This document shows, in pieces, positions 48,963-63,248 of a DNA stretch of 64,000 nt. This DNA is from a phage. The stretch lies in sequence record PZ452598.1; one strand, written 5' to 3'. The stretch's first letter is position 1; each line of letters opens with the position of its first letter. A model generated the notes under the pieces. The model was not told the DNA's origin and searched no databases. It was given only the letters and a program-made list of their open reading frames with translations. The position numbers were made by a program, and so were the translations under genes.

Positions 48963-50945
48963 ATGGCAAATACCCCTGTAAATTATCAATTAACAAGAAC
49001 AGCAAATGCTATTCCCGAGATATTCGTCGGGGGTACATTTGCTGAAATAAAACAAAACCTCATTGAATGGCTTAATGGCCAAAATGAATTTTTGGATTAT
49101 GATTTTGAAGGCTCAAGATTAAACGTTCTGTGTGACCTTTTAGCTTATAATACATTATACATTCAGCAGTTTGGTAATGCTGCTGTGTATGAAAGCTTTA
49201 TGCGTACTGCTAACTTACGAAGTTCAGTTGTTCAAGCTGCACAAGATAACGGATATTTACCTACTTCAAAATCCGCTGCGCAGACCGAAATTATGTTAAC
49301 ATGCACTGACGCATTGAATAGGAATTACATTACTATTCCTCGCGGAACTCGCTTTTTAGCATATGCAAAAGATACTTCTGTTAATCCATATAACTTCGTT
49401 TCTACCGAAGACGTTATTGCTATTCGTGATAAAAATAACCAATATTTTCCGCGTTTAAAATTGGCCCAGGGACGTATAGTAAGAACTGAAATCATTTATG
49501 ATAAATTAACACCTATTATCATTTATGATAAAAATATTGATAGAAACCAGGTTAAATTATACGTTGATGGAGCGGAATGGATTAACTGGACGAGAAAGTC
49601 AATGGTTCATGCTGGTTCAACATCAACGATTTACTATATGCGTGAAACTATTGATGGAAACACTGAATTCTATTTTGGTGAAGGTGAAATTTCTGTTAAT
49701 GCTTCTGAAGGAGCTTTGACCGCTAATTATATCGGAGGTCTTAAACCTACTCAGAACTCTACGATTGTTATTGAGTACATTAGTACTAATGGTGCTGACG
49801 CGAACGGAGCAGTCGGATTTTCATACGCAGATACATTAACAAATATAACTGTCATCAATATTAATGAAAATCCAAACGATGATCCAGATTTTGTTGGGGC
49901 AGATGGAGGCGGTGATCCAGAAGATATTGAGCGTATTCGCGAATTGGGTACTATTAAACGCGAAACCCAACAACGATGCGTAACTGCGACTGACTATGAT
50001 ACATTCGTTTCAGAGAGATTTGGTTCTATTATTCAAGCTGTTCAGACTTTCACTGATTCTACTAAACCTGGGTATGCATTTATTGCTGCTAAACCTAAAT
50101 CAGGATTGTATTTAACTACCGTACAGCGTGAAGATATTAAAAATTATCTCAAAGACTATAATTTAGCTCCTATTACGCCATCAATTATTTCTCCTAATTA
50201 TCTTTTTATTAAGACTAATTTAAAAGTCACATATGCTTTAAATAAACTGCAAGAATCCGAACAGTGGCTTGAAGGTCAAATAATTGATAAAATTGATCGC
50301 TATTATACCGAAGATGTAGAAATTTTTAACTCGTCTTTCGCTAAATCTAAGATGTTGACATATGTAGATGATGCAGATCATTCTGTCATTGGTTCATCAG
50401 CGACTATTCAAATGGTTCGTGAAGTACAAAACTTCTATAAAACGCCTGAAGCGGGTATTAAATACAATAATCAAATAAAAGATCGTTCTATGGAATCTAA
50501 TACGTTTTCATTTAATTCTGGACGAAAGGTTGTAAATCCTGATACTGGTTTAGAAGAAGATGTATTATATGACGTTCGTATAGTATCAACAGACCGAGAT
50601 TCTAAAGGAATTGGTAAAGTTATTATTGGTCCATTTGCTTCTGGCGATGTTACAGAAAATGAAAACATTCAGCCGTATACAGGCAACGATTTTAACAAAT
50701 TAGCAAATTCTGATGGACGCGACAAATACTATGTTATCGGTGAAATAAATTATCCAGCTGATGTGATTTATTGGAATATCGCTAAAATTAATTTAACATC
50801 TGAAAAATTTGAAGTTCAGACCATTGAATTATATTCTGACCCAACCGATGATGTTATCTTTACTCGCGATGGTTCACTGATTGTATTTGAAAATGACTTA
50901 CGTCCACAATACTTAACTATCGATTTGGAGCCTATATCACAATGA
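48963..50945 (+). CDS. 6: baseplate wedge protein gp6
   Basis: 660-aa ORF. Length and position match T4 gp6. Confidence 0.95.
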   Translation: MANTPVNYQLTRTANAIPEIFVGGTFAEIKQNLIEWLNGQNEFLDYDFEGSRLNVLCDLLAYNTLYIQQFGNAAVYESFMRTANLRSSVVQAAQDNGYLPTSKSAAQTEIMLTCTDALNRNYITIPRGTRFLAYAKDTSVNPYNFVSTEDVIAIRDKNNQYFPRLKLAQGRIVRTEIIYDKLTPIIIYDKNIDRNQVKLYVDGAEWINWTRKSMVHAGSTSTIYYMRETIDGNTEFYFGEGEISVNASEGALTANYIGGLKPTQNSTIVIEYISTNGADANGAVGFSYADTLTNITVININENPNDDPDFVGADGGGDPEDIERIRELGTIKRETQQRCVTATDYDTFVSERFGSIIQAVQTFTDSTKPGYAFIAAKPKSGLYLTTVQREDIKNYLKDYNLAPITPSIISPNYLFIKTNLKVTYALNKLQESEQWLEGQIIDKIDRYYTEDVEIFNSSFAKSKMLTYVDDADHSVIGSSATIQMVREVQNFYKTPEAGIKYNNQIKDRSMESNTFSFNSGRKVVNPDTGLEEDVLYDVRIVSTDRDSKGIGKVIIGPFASGDVTENENIQPYTGNDFNKLANSDGRDKYYVIGEINYPADVIYWNIAKINLTSEKFEVQTIELYSDPTDDVIFTRDGSLIVFENDLRPQYLTIDLEPISQ

Positions 50946-53900
50946 CAGTAAAAGCACCTTCAGTCACTAGTCTCAGAATTTCCAAGTTATCCGCAAATCA
51001 GGTGCAAGTACGCTGGGATGACGTTGGTGCTAATTTCTACTATTTTGTAGAAATCGCTGAGACAAAAACAAACTCGGGGGAAAATCTCCCGAGTAATCAA
51101 TATCGTTGGATTAATTTAGGATATACAGCAAATAATAGTTTCTTTTTTGATGATGCTGATCCATTAACAACATACATTATTAGAGTAGCCACAGCTGCGC
51201 AAGATTTTGAGCAGTCTGATTGGATTTATACCGAAGAGTTTGAAACTTTTGCTACAAATGCTTATACATTTCAAAACATGATTGAAATGCAATTAGCCAA
51301 TAAATTCATTCAGGAAAAATTTACTCTTAATAATTCTGATTATGTTAATTTTAATAATGATACTATAATGGCTGCATTGATGAATGAATCATTCCAATTC
51401 AGCCCATCGTATGTTGATGTTTCATCAATAAGTAATTTTATTATTGGTGAAAATGAGTATCATGAAATACAAGGTTCTATTCAGCAAGTATGTAAGGATA
51501 TTAACCGAGTTTATTTGATGGAATCAGAAGGAATTCTATATCTTTTTGAGCGCTATCAACCTGTAGTTAAAGTATCCAATGATAAAGGACAAACCTGGAA
51601 AGCTGTAAAGCTCTTCAATGACCGTGTAGGATATCCTTTATCTAAGACAGTATATTACCAATCTGCGAACACAACATACGTTCTAGGATACGACAAGATT
51701 TTCTATGGCCGCAAATCTACTGATGTTAGATGGTCAGCCGATGATGTCAGATTTAGTTCTCAGGATATAACATTTGCTAAACTTGGCGACCAATTACATC
51801 TAGGATTTGATGTAGAAATTTTTGCCACTTACGCGACTTTACCAGCGAATGTATACCGCATTGCAGAAGCTATTACTTGCACCGATGATTACATTTACGT
51901 TGTCGCCAGAGACAAAGTTAGATACATAAAAACGAGTAATGCACCTATAGATTCTGATCCATTATCTCCAACATATTCGGAAAGACTTTTTGAACCTGAT
52001 ACCATGACTATAACCGGAAATCCTAAAGCAGTATGCTATAAAATGGATTCTATCTGTGATAAAGTTTTTGCTCTTATTATTGGTGAAGTTGAAACATTAA
52101 ATGCTAATCCTAGAACATCAAAAATAATTGATTCCGCTGATAAAGGAATATATGTTTTAAATCATGACGAAAAAACATGGAAAAGAGTTTTTGGTAATAC
52201 CGAAGAAGAAAGAAGACGTATTCAACCCGGATATGCGAATATGTCAACTGACGGTAAATTAGTTTCTCTGTCTTCGAGTAATTTTAAATTTTTAAGTGAT
52301 AATGTTGTTAATGACCCTGAAACTGCAGCAAAATATCAGTTAATTGGCGCTGTTAAATATGAATTTCCTCGTGAATGGTTAGCTGATAAGCATTATCATA
52401 TGATGGCATTTATAGCGGATGAAACATCTGATTGGGAGACTTTTACTCCTCAACCAATGAAATACTACGCAGAACCATTCTTTAACTGGTCTAAAAAATC
52501 TAACACACGTTGTTGGATAAACAACTCTGATAGAGCTGTGGTAGTTTATGCTGATTTAAAATACACTAAAGTTATAGAAAATATTCCGGAAACATCACCA
52601 GATAGATTAGTTCATGAATACTGGGATGATGGTGATTGCACTATAGTAATGCCAAATGTCAAATTCACTGGATTTAAAAAATACGCATCAGGAATGCTTT
52701 TCTATAAAGCCTCCGGTGAAATAATTTCTTACTATGATTTTAACTATCGTGTGAGAGATACAGTAGAAATTATTTGGAAGCCAACTGAAGTATTTTTAAA
52801 AGCATTTTTACAAAACCAAGAGCATGAGACTCCTTGGTCACCAGAAGAAGAGCGTGGATTAGCTGACCCTGATTTAAGACCATTAATTGGCACAATGATG
52901 CCTGATTCTTATTTGTTACAGGATTCGAATTTTGAGGCATTTTGCGAAGCATATATTCAGTATCTTTCTGATGGATATGGAACTCAATACAATAATTTAC
53001 GAAATTTAATTCGTAACCAATATCCACGAGAAGAGCACGCATGGGAATATTTGTGGTCAGAGATATATAAAAGAAACATTTATTTAAATGCTGATAAACG
53101 CGATGCTGTTGCGAGATTCTTTGAATCACGTAGCTATGATTTTTATTCTACTAAAGGAATTGAAGCATCATACAAGTTTCTTTTTAAAGTTCTTTATAAT
53201 GAAGAAGTTGAAATTGAAATTGAATCTGGGGCTGGTACTGAATATGATATAATCGTTCAATCTGATTCTTTGACTGAAGATTTAGTAGGACAAACGATTT
53301 ATACGGCAACAGGAAGATGTAATGTTACTTATATAGAAAGAAGCTATTCTAATGGTAAATTGCAATGGACCGTAACTATTCATAATCTTTTGGGACGATT
53401 AATTGCTGGTCAAGAAGTTAAAGCAGAAAGACTCCCTAGTTTTGAAGGCGAAATTATTCGTGGGGTTAAAGGAAAGGATTTGCTTCAAAACAATATAGAC
53501 TATATTAATAGAAGTAGATCATACTATGTAATGAAAATTAAATCCAATTTACCTTCTTCCCGCTGGAAATCTGACGTTATTCGTTTTGTTCATCCAGTAG
53601 GATTTGGATTTATAGCAATTACCCTTTTAACAATGTTTATTAATGTTGGTTTAACTCTTAAACATACAGAGACTATAATTAATAAATACAAAAACTATAA
53701 ATGGGATTCTGGATTGCCTACTGAATATGCCGACAGAATAGCTAAATTAACTCCAACCGGTGAAATTGAGCATGATTCAGTAACAGGCGAAGCAATTTAT
53801 GAGCCTGGCCCAATGGCTGGTGTAAAATATCCTCTTCCTGATGACTATAATGCTGAAAATAATAATTCAATATTTCAAGGTCAATTGCCGTCTGAACGAC

Positions 53901-54040
53901 GTAAATTAATGAGTCCTTTATTTGATGCATCTGGAACAACATTTGCGCAATTTAGAGATTTAGTTAATAAACGTCTAAAAGATAATATAGGAAATCCAAG
54001 AGACCCTGAAAATCCAACACAGGTTAAAATAGATGAATGA
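50942..54040 (+). CDS. 7: baseplate wedge protein gp7
   Basis: 1032-aa ORF. Length and position match T4 gp7. Confidence 0.95.
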   Translation: MTVKAPSVTSLRISKLSANQVQVRWDDVGANFYYFVEIAETKTNSGENLPSNQYRWINLGYTANNSFFFDDADPLTTYIIRVATAAQDFEQSDWIYTEEFETFATNAYTFQNMIEMQLANKFIQEKFTLNNSDYVNFNNDTIMAALMNESFQFSPSYVDVSSISNFIIGENEYHEIQGSIQQVCKDINRVYLMESEGILYLFERYQPVVKVSNDKGQTWKAVKLFNDRVGYPLSKTVYYQSANTTYVLGYDKIFYGRKSTDVRWSADDVRFSSQDITFAKLGDQLHLGFDVEIFATYATLPANVYRIAEAITCTDDYIYVVARDKVRYIKTSNAPIDSDPLSPTYSERLFEPDTMTITGNPKAVCYKMDSICDKVFALIIGEVETLNANPRTSKIIDSADKGIYVLNHDEKTWKRVFGNTEEERRRIQPGYANMSTDGKLVSLSSSNFKFLSDNVVNDPETAAKYQLIGAVKYEFPREWLADKHYHMMAFIADETSDWETFTPQPMKYYAEPFFNWSKKSNTRCWINNSDRAVVVYADLKYTKVIENIPETSPDRLVHEYWDDGDCTIVMPNVKFTGFKKYASGMLFYKASGEIISYYDFNYRVRDTVEIIWKPTEVFLKAFLQNQEHETPWSPEEERGLADPDLRPLIGTMMPDSYLLQDSNFEAFCEAYIQYLSDGYGTQYNNLRNLIRNQYPREEHAWEYLWSEIYKRNIYLNADKRDAVARFFESRSYDFYSTKGIEASYKFLFKVLYNEEVEIEIESGAGTEYDIIVQSDSLTEDLVGQTIYTATGRCNVTYIERSYSNGKLQWTVTIHNLLGRLIAGQEVKAERLPSFEGEIIRGVKGKDLLQNNIDYINRSRSYYVMKIKSNLPSSRWKSDVIRFVHPVGFGFIAITLLTMFINVGLTLKHTETIINKYKNYKWDSGLPTEYADRIAKLTPTGEIEHDSVTGEAIYEPGPMAGVKYPLPDDYNAENNNSIFQGQLPSERRKLMSPLFDASGTTFAQFRDLVNKRLKDNIGNPRDPENPTQVKIDE

Positions 54041-55037
54041 TTCAAGTGTTATCTATCGTGCGATAGTTACTTCAAAATTTAGAACAGAAAAAATGTTGAA
54101 TTTTTATAATTCAATTGGAAGTGGTCCGGATAAAAACACTATCTTTATCACATTTGGAAGATCAGAACCGTGGTCATCAAATGAAAATGAGGTGGGCTTT
54201 GCCCCACCTTATCCAACCGATTCTGTATTAGGCGTAACTGACATGTGGACGCATATGATGGGAACAGTAAAAGTTCTTCCATCAATGCTTGATGCTGTTA
54301 TTCCTCGCAGAGATTGGGGAGATACTAGATATCCGGATCCATACACATTTAGAATTAACGATATTGTAGTGTGTAACTCAGCTCCTTACAACGCTACTGA
54401 ATCAGGCGCTGGTTGGTTAGTGTATCGTTGTTTAGATGTTCCTGATACCGGAATGTGTTCAATAGCATCTTTAACTGATAAAGATGAATGCCTTAAGTTA
54501 GGTGGAAAATGGACTCCTTCTGCTAGGTCAATGACTCCGCCTGAAGGTCGAGGAGATGCTGAAGGAACAATTGAACCCGGAGACGGGTATGTGTGGGAAT
54601 ATCTATTTGAGATTCCGCCTGATGTATCTATAAATAGATGCACGAATGAATATATCGTGGTTCCTTGGCCTGAGGAATTAAAAGAAGACCCGACTAGATG
54701 GGGATATGAAGATAATCTCACTTGGCAACAAGATGATTTTGGATTAATTTACCGTGTTAAGGCAAATACTATCCGTTTTAAAGCATATTTAGATTCAGTT
54801 TATTTTCCTGAAGCTGCATTGCCAGGAAATAAAGGATTTAGACAAATATCAATAATCACGAATCCTCTTGAAGCTAAAGCTCATCCAAATGACCCAAACG
54901 TTAAAGCTGAAAAGGATTATTATGACCCAGAAGATTTAATGAGGCATTCGGGTGAAATGATTTATATGGAAAATAGGCCACCTATTATTATGGCAATGGA
55001 TCAAACAGAAGAAATCAATATTCTGTTTACATTTTAA
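54033..55037 (+). CDS. 8: baseplate wedge protein gp8
   Basis: 334-aa ORF. Length and position match T4 gp8. Confidence 0.95.
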   Translation: MNDSSVIYRAIVTSKFRTEKMLNFYNSIGSGPDKNTIFITFGRSEPWSSNENEVGFAPPYPTDSVLGVTDMWTHMMGTVKVLPSMLDAVIPRRDWGDTRYPDPYTFRINDIVVCNSAPYNATESGAGWLVYRCLDVPDTGMCSIASLTDKDECLKLGGKWTPSARSMTPPEGRGDAEGTIEPGDGYVWEYLFEIPPDVSINRCTNEYIVVPWPEELKEDPTRWGYEDNLTWQQDDFGLIYRVKANTIRFKAYLDSVYFPEAALPGNKGFRQISIITNPLEAKAHPNDPNVKAEKDYYDPEDLMRHSGEMIYMENRPPIIMAMDQTEEINILFTF

Positions 55038-55042
55038 ATTAA

Positions 55043-55060
55043 GGGAGCCCATGGGCTCCC
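55043..55060 (+). terminator. rho-independent terminator 3' of gene 8
   Basis: Perfect palindrome gggagcccatgggctccc followed by ttttt. Confidence 0.7.
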
Positions 55061-55068
55061 TTTTTCTT

Positions 55069-55076
55069 TATAAATA
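55069..55076 (+). promoter_or_regulatory. late promoter core TATAAATA for gene 9
   Basis: Plus-strand tataaata 25 nt upstream of the gene 9 ATG, just after the terminator. Confidence 0.65.
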
Positions 55077-55100
55077 CTATAAACTCATAAGGAAACCGCT

Positions 55101-55967
55101 ATGTTCATTCAAGAACCAAAGAAATTGATTGATACCGGCGAAATTGGTAACGCTTCTACTGGTGATATCTTATTCGACGGTGGTAATAAAATTAATAGTG
55201 ATTTTAACGCAATTTATAATGCGTTTGGCGATCAGCGTAAAATGGCAGTAGCAAATGGCACTGGAGCAGATGGTCAAATTATCCATGCTACTGGATATTA
55301 TCAAAAACACTCTATTACAGAGTACGCAACTCCAGTGAAAGTTGGCACTAGACATGATATTGATACCTCTACTGTAGGTGTTAAAGTTATCATTGAAAGA
55401 GGCGAACTCGGCGATTGTGTTGAATTCATTAACTCTAATGGATCAATATCAGTTACTAATCCTTTGACAATTCAAGCTATTGATTCAATTAAAGGTGTTT
55501 CAGGTAATTTAGTAGTAACTAGCCCATATAGTAAAGTTACTTTACGCTGTATTTCATCTGATAATTCTACGTCGGTTTGGAATTATTCTATTGAAAGTAT
55601 GTTTGGACAAAAGGAATCACCAGCTGAAGGTACATGGAATATTTCTACATCTGGATCAGTTGACATTCCATTATTTCATCGTACTGAATACAATATGGCT
55701 AAATTGCTAGTTACGTGCCAATCGGTAGATGGAAGAAAAATTAAAACAGCAGAAATAAATATTCTTGTGGATACTGTTAATTCAGAGGTAATTTCTTCTG
55801 AATATGCTGTCATGCGAGTTGGGAATGAAACCGAAGAAGACGAAATCGCTAATATTGCATTTAGTATTAAAGAAAATTATGTAACGGCGACTATAAGTTC
55901 TTCAACTGTCGGTATGAGAGCAGCAGTTAAAGTTATCGCTACGCAGAAAATCGGGGTGGCTCAATAA
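55101..55967 (+). CDS. 9: baseplate wedge / long-tail-fibre socket protein gp9
   Basis: 288-aa ORF. Length and position match T4 gp9. Confidence 0.95.
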   Translation: MFIQEPKKLIDTGEIGNASTGDILFDGGNKINSDFNAIYNAFGDQRKMAVANGTGADGQIIHATGYYQKHSITEYATPVKVGTRHDIDTSTVGVKVIIERGELGDCVEFINSNGSISVTNPLTIQAIDSIKGVSGNLVVTSPYSKVTLRCISSDNSTSVWNYSIESMFGQKESPAEGTWNISTSGSVDIPLFHRTEYNMAKLLVTCQSVDGRKIKTAEINILVDTVNSEVISSEYAVMRVGNETEEDEIANIAFSIKENYVTATISSSTVGMRAAVKVIATQKIGVAQ

Positions 55968-57775
55968 TGAAACAAAATATTAATATCGGTAATGTTGTAG
56001 ATGATGGTACCGGTGACTACCTGCGTAAAGGTGGTATAAAAATAAATGAAAACTTTGATGAGCTTTATTATGAACTCGGTGATGGTGATGTTCCATATTC
56101 AGCCGGTGCCTGGAAAACTTATAATGCTTCATCAGGACAAACATTAACAGCAGAATGGGGAAAATCATACGCTATTAATACATCTTCTGGAAGAGTGACT
56201 ATAAATCTTCCAAAGGGTACAGTTAATGATTACAACAAGGTAATTAGAGCTAGAGACGTATTTGCTACATGGAACGTCAACCCAGTTACACTAGTAGCTG
56301 CTTCCGGCGATACGATTAAAGGGTCTGCAGTACCAGTTGAAATTAATGTTCAATTCAGCGATTTAGAACTAGTGTATTGTGCCCCAGGACGTTGGGAATA
56401 TGTCAAAAATAAACAAATTGACAAAATTACCAGTTCAGACATTAGTAATGTAGCTCGCAAAGAATTTTTAGTTGAAGTTAAAGGACAAACAGACTTTTTA
56501 GATGTTTTCCGTGGAACTAGTTATAATGTAAATAACATCAGAGTAAAACATCGTGGTAACGAATTGTATTACGGCGATGTGTTTAGCGAAAACAGCGATT
56601 TTGGCTCTCCAGGCGAAAATGAAGGAGAACTGGTTCCTCTTGATGGATTTAACATTCGATTAAGACAGCCTTGTAATATTGGTGACACTGTTCAAATTGA
56701 AACATTTATGGATGGTGTATCACAGTGGAGAAGTTCATATACAAGACGTCAAATTAGATTGTTAGATTCAAAATTAACGTCAAAAACTTCTTTAGAAGGA
56801 AGCATTTACGTTACTGATTTATCAACAATGAAATCAATTCCATTTTCTGCTTTTGGATTAATTCCAGGAGAACCTATTAATCCTAACTCTCTTGAGGTTC
56901 GTTTTAACGGGATTTTACAGGAATTGGCTGGCACAGTTGGAATGCCATTATTTCATTGTGTTGGTGCCGATTCAGACGATGAAGTAGAATGCTCTGTTTT
57001 AGGTGGAACTTGGGAACAATCTCATACCGATTATTCAGTTGAAACTGATGAAAACGGCATACCAGAAATTTTACATTTCGATAGAGTATTTGAGCATGGT
57101 GACATTATCAATATCACCTGGTTTAATAATGATTTGGGTACATTATTAACAAAAGATGAGATTATTGATGAAACTGATAATCTCTATGTATCGCAAGGAC
57201 CTGGAGTAGATATTTCTGGTGATGTAAATTTAACAGACTTCGATAAAATTGGTTGGCCAAATGTAGAAGCAGTTCAATCTTATCAACGCGAATTTAATGC
57301 TGTTTCAAATATCTTTGATACGATTTATCCTATTGGAACTATATATGAAAACGCTGTTAATCCAAATAACCCTGTTACATATATGGGATTCGGCTCATGG
57401 AAATTATTTGGGCAAGGAAAAGTTTTAGTTGGATGGAATGAAGATATTTCGGACCCTAACTTTGCTCTAAATAACAACGATTTAGATTCGGGTGGAAATC
57501 CTTCACATACCGCAGGTGGAACAGGTGGTTCTACTTCTGTTACATTGGAAAATGCTAATCTTCCTGCAACTGAAACAGATGAAGAAGTTCTAATAGTTGA
57601 TGAAAATGGATCAGTCATTGTTGGTGGGTGTCAATACGATCCAGATGAATCCGGTCCAATTTACACTAAATACCGTGAAGCTAAAGCATCTACTAACTCT
57701 ACTCACACTCCGCCAACATCAATAACTAACATTCAACCATATATTACAGTTTATCGTTGGATAAGGATTGCATAA
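55967..57775 (+). CDS. 10: baseplate wedge protein gp10
   Basis: 602-aa ORF. TAATG overlap with gene 9. Confidence 0.95.
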
Positions 57776-58434
57776 TGAGTTTACTTAATAATAAAGCGGG
57801 AGTTATTTCCCGCTTAGCCGATTTTCTTGGTTTTAGACCTAAAACTGGCGACATTGATGTAATGAATCGTCAATCAGTCGGGTCAGTGACAATATCTCAA
57901 TTAGCGAAAGGATTTTATGAACCAAACATAGAATCAGCTATTAATGACGTTCATAATTTTTCTATAAAAGACGTTGGCACAATTATTACTAATAAAACTG
58001 GTGTTTCTCCTGAGGGTGTTTCTCAAACTGATTATTGGGCATTTTCTGGAACTGTAACAGACGATTCTCTTCCTCCGGGTTCTCCTATTACGGTATTAGT
58101 ATTTGGTCTTCCAGTTTCAGCAACAACTGGAATGACGGCAATTGAGTTTGTTGCAAAAGTTCGCGTTGCACTACAAGAAGCTATTGCGTCATTTACTGCT
58201 ATCAATTCATATAAAGACCATCCAACTGATGGTAGTAAATTAGAAGTTACTTATTTAGATAATCAAAAACATGTATTAAGCACATATTCTACATATGGAA
58301 TAACTATTTCCCAAGAAATTATATCTGAGTCTAAGCCTGGCTATGGTACATGGAATTTATTGGGCGCACAAACTGTAACTTTAGATAATCAGCAGACTCC
58401 TACAGTATTTTATCATTTTGAGAGAACAGCATGA
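57775..58434 (+). CDS. 11: baseplate wedge protein gp11
   Basis: Track ORF 225 aa; start trimmed to MSLLNNKAG (219 aa), which overlaps the gene 10 stop. Confidence 0.9.
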
Positions 58435-60014
58435 GTAATAATACATATCAACACGTTTCTAATGAATCTCGTTATGTAAAATTTGATCCTACCGATACGA
58501 ATTTTCCACCGGAGATTACTGATGTTCAGGCTGCTATAGCAGCCATTTCTCCTGCTGGAGTAAATGGAGTTCCTGATGCATCGTCAACAACAAAGGGAAT
58601 TCTATTTCTTGCCACTGAACAGGAAGTTATAGATGGAACTAATAATACCAAAGCAGTTACACCAGCAACGTTGGCAACAAGATTATCTTATCCAAATGCA
58701 ACTGAAACTGTTTACGGATTAACAAGATATTCAACCAATGATGAAGCCATTGCCGGAGTTAATAATGAATCTTCTATAACTCCAGCTAAATTTACTGTCG
58801 CCCTTAATAATGCGTTTGAAACGCGAGTTTCAACTGAATCCTCAAATGGTGTTATTAAAATTTCATCTCTACCGCAAGCATTAGCTGGTGCAGATGATAC
58901 TACTGCAATGACTCCATTAAAAACACAGCAGTTAGCTATTAAATTAATTGCGCAAATTGCTCCTTCTGAAACCACAGCTACCGAATCGGACCAAGGTGTT
59001 GTTCAATTAGCAACAGTAGCGCAGGTTCGTCAGGGAACTTTAAGAGAAGGCTATGCAATTTCTCCTTATACGTTTATGAATTCATCTGCTACTGAAGAAT
59101 ATAAAGGCGTAATTAAATTAGGAACACAATCAGAAGTTAACTCGAATAATGCTTCTGTTGCGGTTACTGGCGCAACTCTTAATGGTCGTGGTTCTACGAC
59201 GTCAATGAGAGGCGTAGTTAAATTAACTACAACCGCCGGTTCACAGAGTGGAGGCGATGCTTCATCAGCCTTAGCTTGGAATGCTGACGTTATCCACCAA
59301 AGAGGTGGTCAAATTATCTATGGAACACTCCGCATTGAAGACACATTTACAATAGCTAATGGTGGAGCAAATATTACGGGTACCGTCAGAATGACTGGCG
59401 GTTATATTCAAGGTAACCGCATCGTAACACAAAATGAAATTGATAGAACTATTCCTGTCGGAGCTATTATGATGTGGGCCGCTGATAGTCTTCCTAGTGA
59501 TGCTTGGCGCTTCTGCCATGGTGGAACTGTTTCAGCGTCAGATTGTCCATTATATGCTTCTAGAATTGGAACAAGATATGGCGGAAACCCATCAAATCCT
59601 GGATTGCCTGACATGCGTGGTCTTTTTGTTCGTGGTTCTGGTCGTGGTTCTCACTTAACAAATCCAAATGTTAATGGTAATGACCAATTTGGTAAACCTA
59701 GATTAGGTGTAGGTTGTACCGGTGGATATGTTGGTGAAGTACAGAAACAACAGATGTCTTATCATAAACATGCTGGCGGATTTGGTGAGCATGATGATTC
59801 TGGGGCATTCGGTAATACCCGTAGATCAAATTTTGTTGGTACACGTAAAGGACTTGACTGGGATAACCGTTCATACTTCACCAATGACGGATATGAAATT
59901 GACCCAGAATCACAACGAAATTCCAAATATACATTAAATCGTCCTGAATTAATTGGAAATGAAACACGTCCATGGAACATTTCTTTAAACTACATAATTA
60001 AGGTAAAAGAATGA
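58431..60014 (+). CDS. 12: short tail fibre protein gp12
   Basis: 527-aa ORF with repetitive Thr/Ala/Gly-rich N-terminal fibre region and C-terminal receptor-binding domain. Confidence 0.95.
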
Positions 60015-61474
60015 CAGATATTGTACTGAATGACTTACCATTCGTTGACGGCCCTCCTGCAGAGGGCCAGAGCCGCATTTCCTGGATTAAAAACGGCGAA
60101 GAAATATTAGGAGCTGACACACAGTATGGAAGTGAAGGCTCAATGAATAGACCTACGGTTTCTGTACTAAGAAATGTTGAAGTTCTTGATAAAAACATTG
60201 GAATACTTAAAACATCTTTAGAAACCGCAAATAGTGATATTAAAACAATTCAGGGCATCTTAGATGTATCTGGTGATATTGAAGCTTTGGCCCAAATAGG
60301 TATCAATAAAAAGGATATTTCTGACCTCAAAACGCTAACCAGTGAACACACAGAAATATTAAATGGAACTAATAATACGGTTGACAGTATTCTTGCCGAT
60401 ATTGGTCCATTTAACGCCGAGGCCAACTCTGTATACAGAACGATCAGAAATGATTTACTGTGGATAAAGCGTGAACTTGGACAATACACTGGTCAAGATA
60501 TTAATGGTCTTCCTGTTGTAGGAAATCCTAGTAGTGGAATGAAGCATCGCATTATTAATAATACTGATGTCATCACTTCGCAGGGAATACGTTTAAGCGA
60601 ATTAGAAACAAAATTTATTGAATCTGATGTAGGTTCTTTGACCATTGAAGTTGGTAATCTTCGTGAAGAGCTTGGACCGAAACCACCATCATTTTCACAG
60701 AACGTTTATAGTCGTTTAAATGAAATTGACACTAAACAGACAACAGTTGAGTCTGACATTAGTGCTATTAAGACCTCAATAGGATATCCAGGAAATAATT
60801 CGATTATCACGAGTGTTAATACAAACACTGATAATATTGCATCTATTAATTTAGAGCTAAATCAAAGTGGAGGTATTAAACAGCGTTTAACCGTTATTGA
60901 AACTTCCATTGGTTCAGATGATATTCCTTCGAGTATTAAAGGTCAAATCAAAGATAATACAACTTCAATCGAATCTCTAAATGGAATCGTCGGTGAAAAC
61001 ACTTCATCTGGCTTAAGAGCGAATGTTTCATGGTTAAACCAAATTGTTGGAACTGATTCTAGCGGTGGACAACCTTCTCCTCCTGGGTCTCTTTTAAACC
61101 GAGTTTCTACAATTGAAACTTCTGTTTCAGGCTTGAATAACGATGTTCAAAACCTACAAGTAGAGATTGGTAATAACAGCACAGGAATTAAAGGGCAAGT
61201 TGTAGCGTTAAATACTTTAGTAAATGGAACTAATCCAAACGGTTCAACTGTTGAAGAGCGCGGATTAACCAATTCAATAAAAGCTAACGAAACTAACATT
61301 GCATCAGTTACACAAGAAGTGAATACAGCTAAAGGCAATATATCTTCTTTACAAGGTGATGTTCAAGCTCTCCAAGAAGCCGGTTATATTCCTGAAGCTC
61401 CAAGAGATGGGCAAGCTTACGTTCGTAAAGATGGCGAATGGGTATTGCTTTCTACCTTTTTATCACCAGCATAA
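60011..61474 (+). CDS. wac: fibritin (whisker antigen control)
   Basis: 487-aa coiled-coil ORF ending in the foldon ([27 protein letters not shown]). Confidence 0.97.
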   Translation: MTDIVLNDLPFVDGPPAEGQSRISWIKNGEEILGADTQYGSEGSMNRPTVSVLRNVEVLDKNIGILKTSLETANSDIKTIQGILDVSGDIEALAQIGINKKDISDLKTLTSEHTEILNGTNNTVDSILADIGPFNAEANSVYRTIRNDLLWIKRELGQYTGQDINGLPVVGNPSSGMKHRIINNTDVITSQGIRLSELETKFIESDVGSLTIEVGNLREELGPKPPSFSQNVYSRLNEIDTKQTTVESDISAIKTSIGYPGNNSIITSVNTNTDNIASINLELNQSGGIKQRLTVIETSIGSDDIPSSIKGQIKDNTTSIESLNGIVGENTSSGLRANVSWLNQIVGTDSSGGQPSPPGSLLNRVSTIETSVSGLNNDVQNLQVEIGNNSTGIKGQVVALNTLVNGTNPNGSTVEERGLTNSIKANETNIASVTQEVNTAKGNISSLQGDVQALQEAGYIPEAPRDGQAYVRKDGEWVLLSTFLSPA

Positions 61475-61477
61475 CAT

Positions 61478-61493
61478 GGGGCCGCAAGGCCCC
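61478..61493 (+). terminator. hairpin terminator 3' of wac
   Basis: ggggccgcaaggcccc immediately after the wac stop. Confidence 0.6.
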
Positions 61494-61505
61494 AAAGGAT
61501 TTTAA

Positions 61506-63207
<1,702 letters not shown>

Positions 63208-63248
63208 TAAATATTATAAACTAATTAAAGCCCGGATTAGGAGAAGTC

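Noticed and set aside
46091-61338. Minus-strand ORFs of 60-120 aa inside late genes 5-wac (e.g. 46091-46300, 52770-53129, 54386-54721, 58712-58975, 60250-60489)
   Set aside because: All lie antisense within long, well-supported structural genes and lack start signals; typical shadow ORFs.
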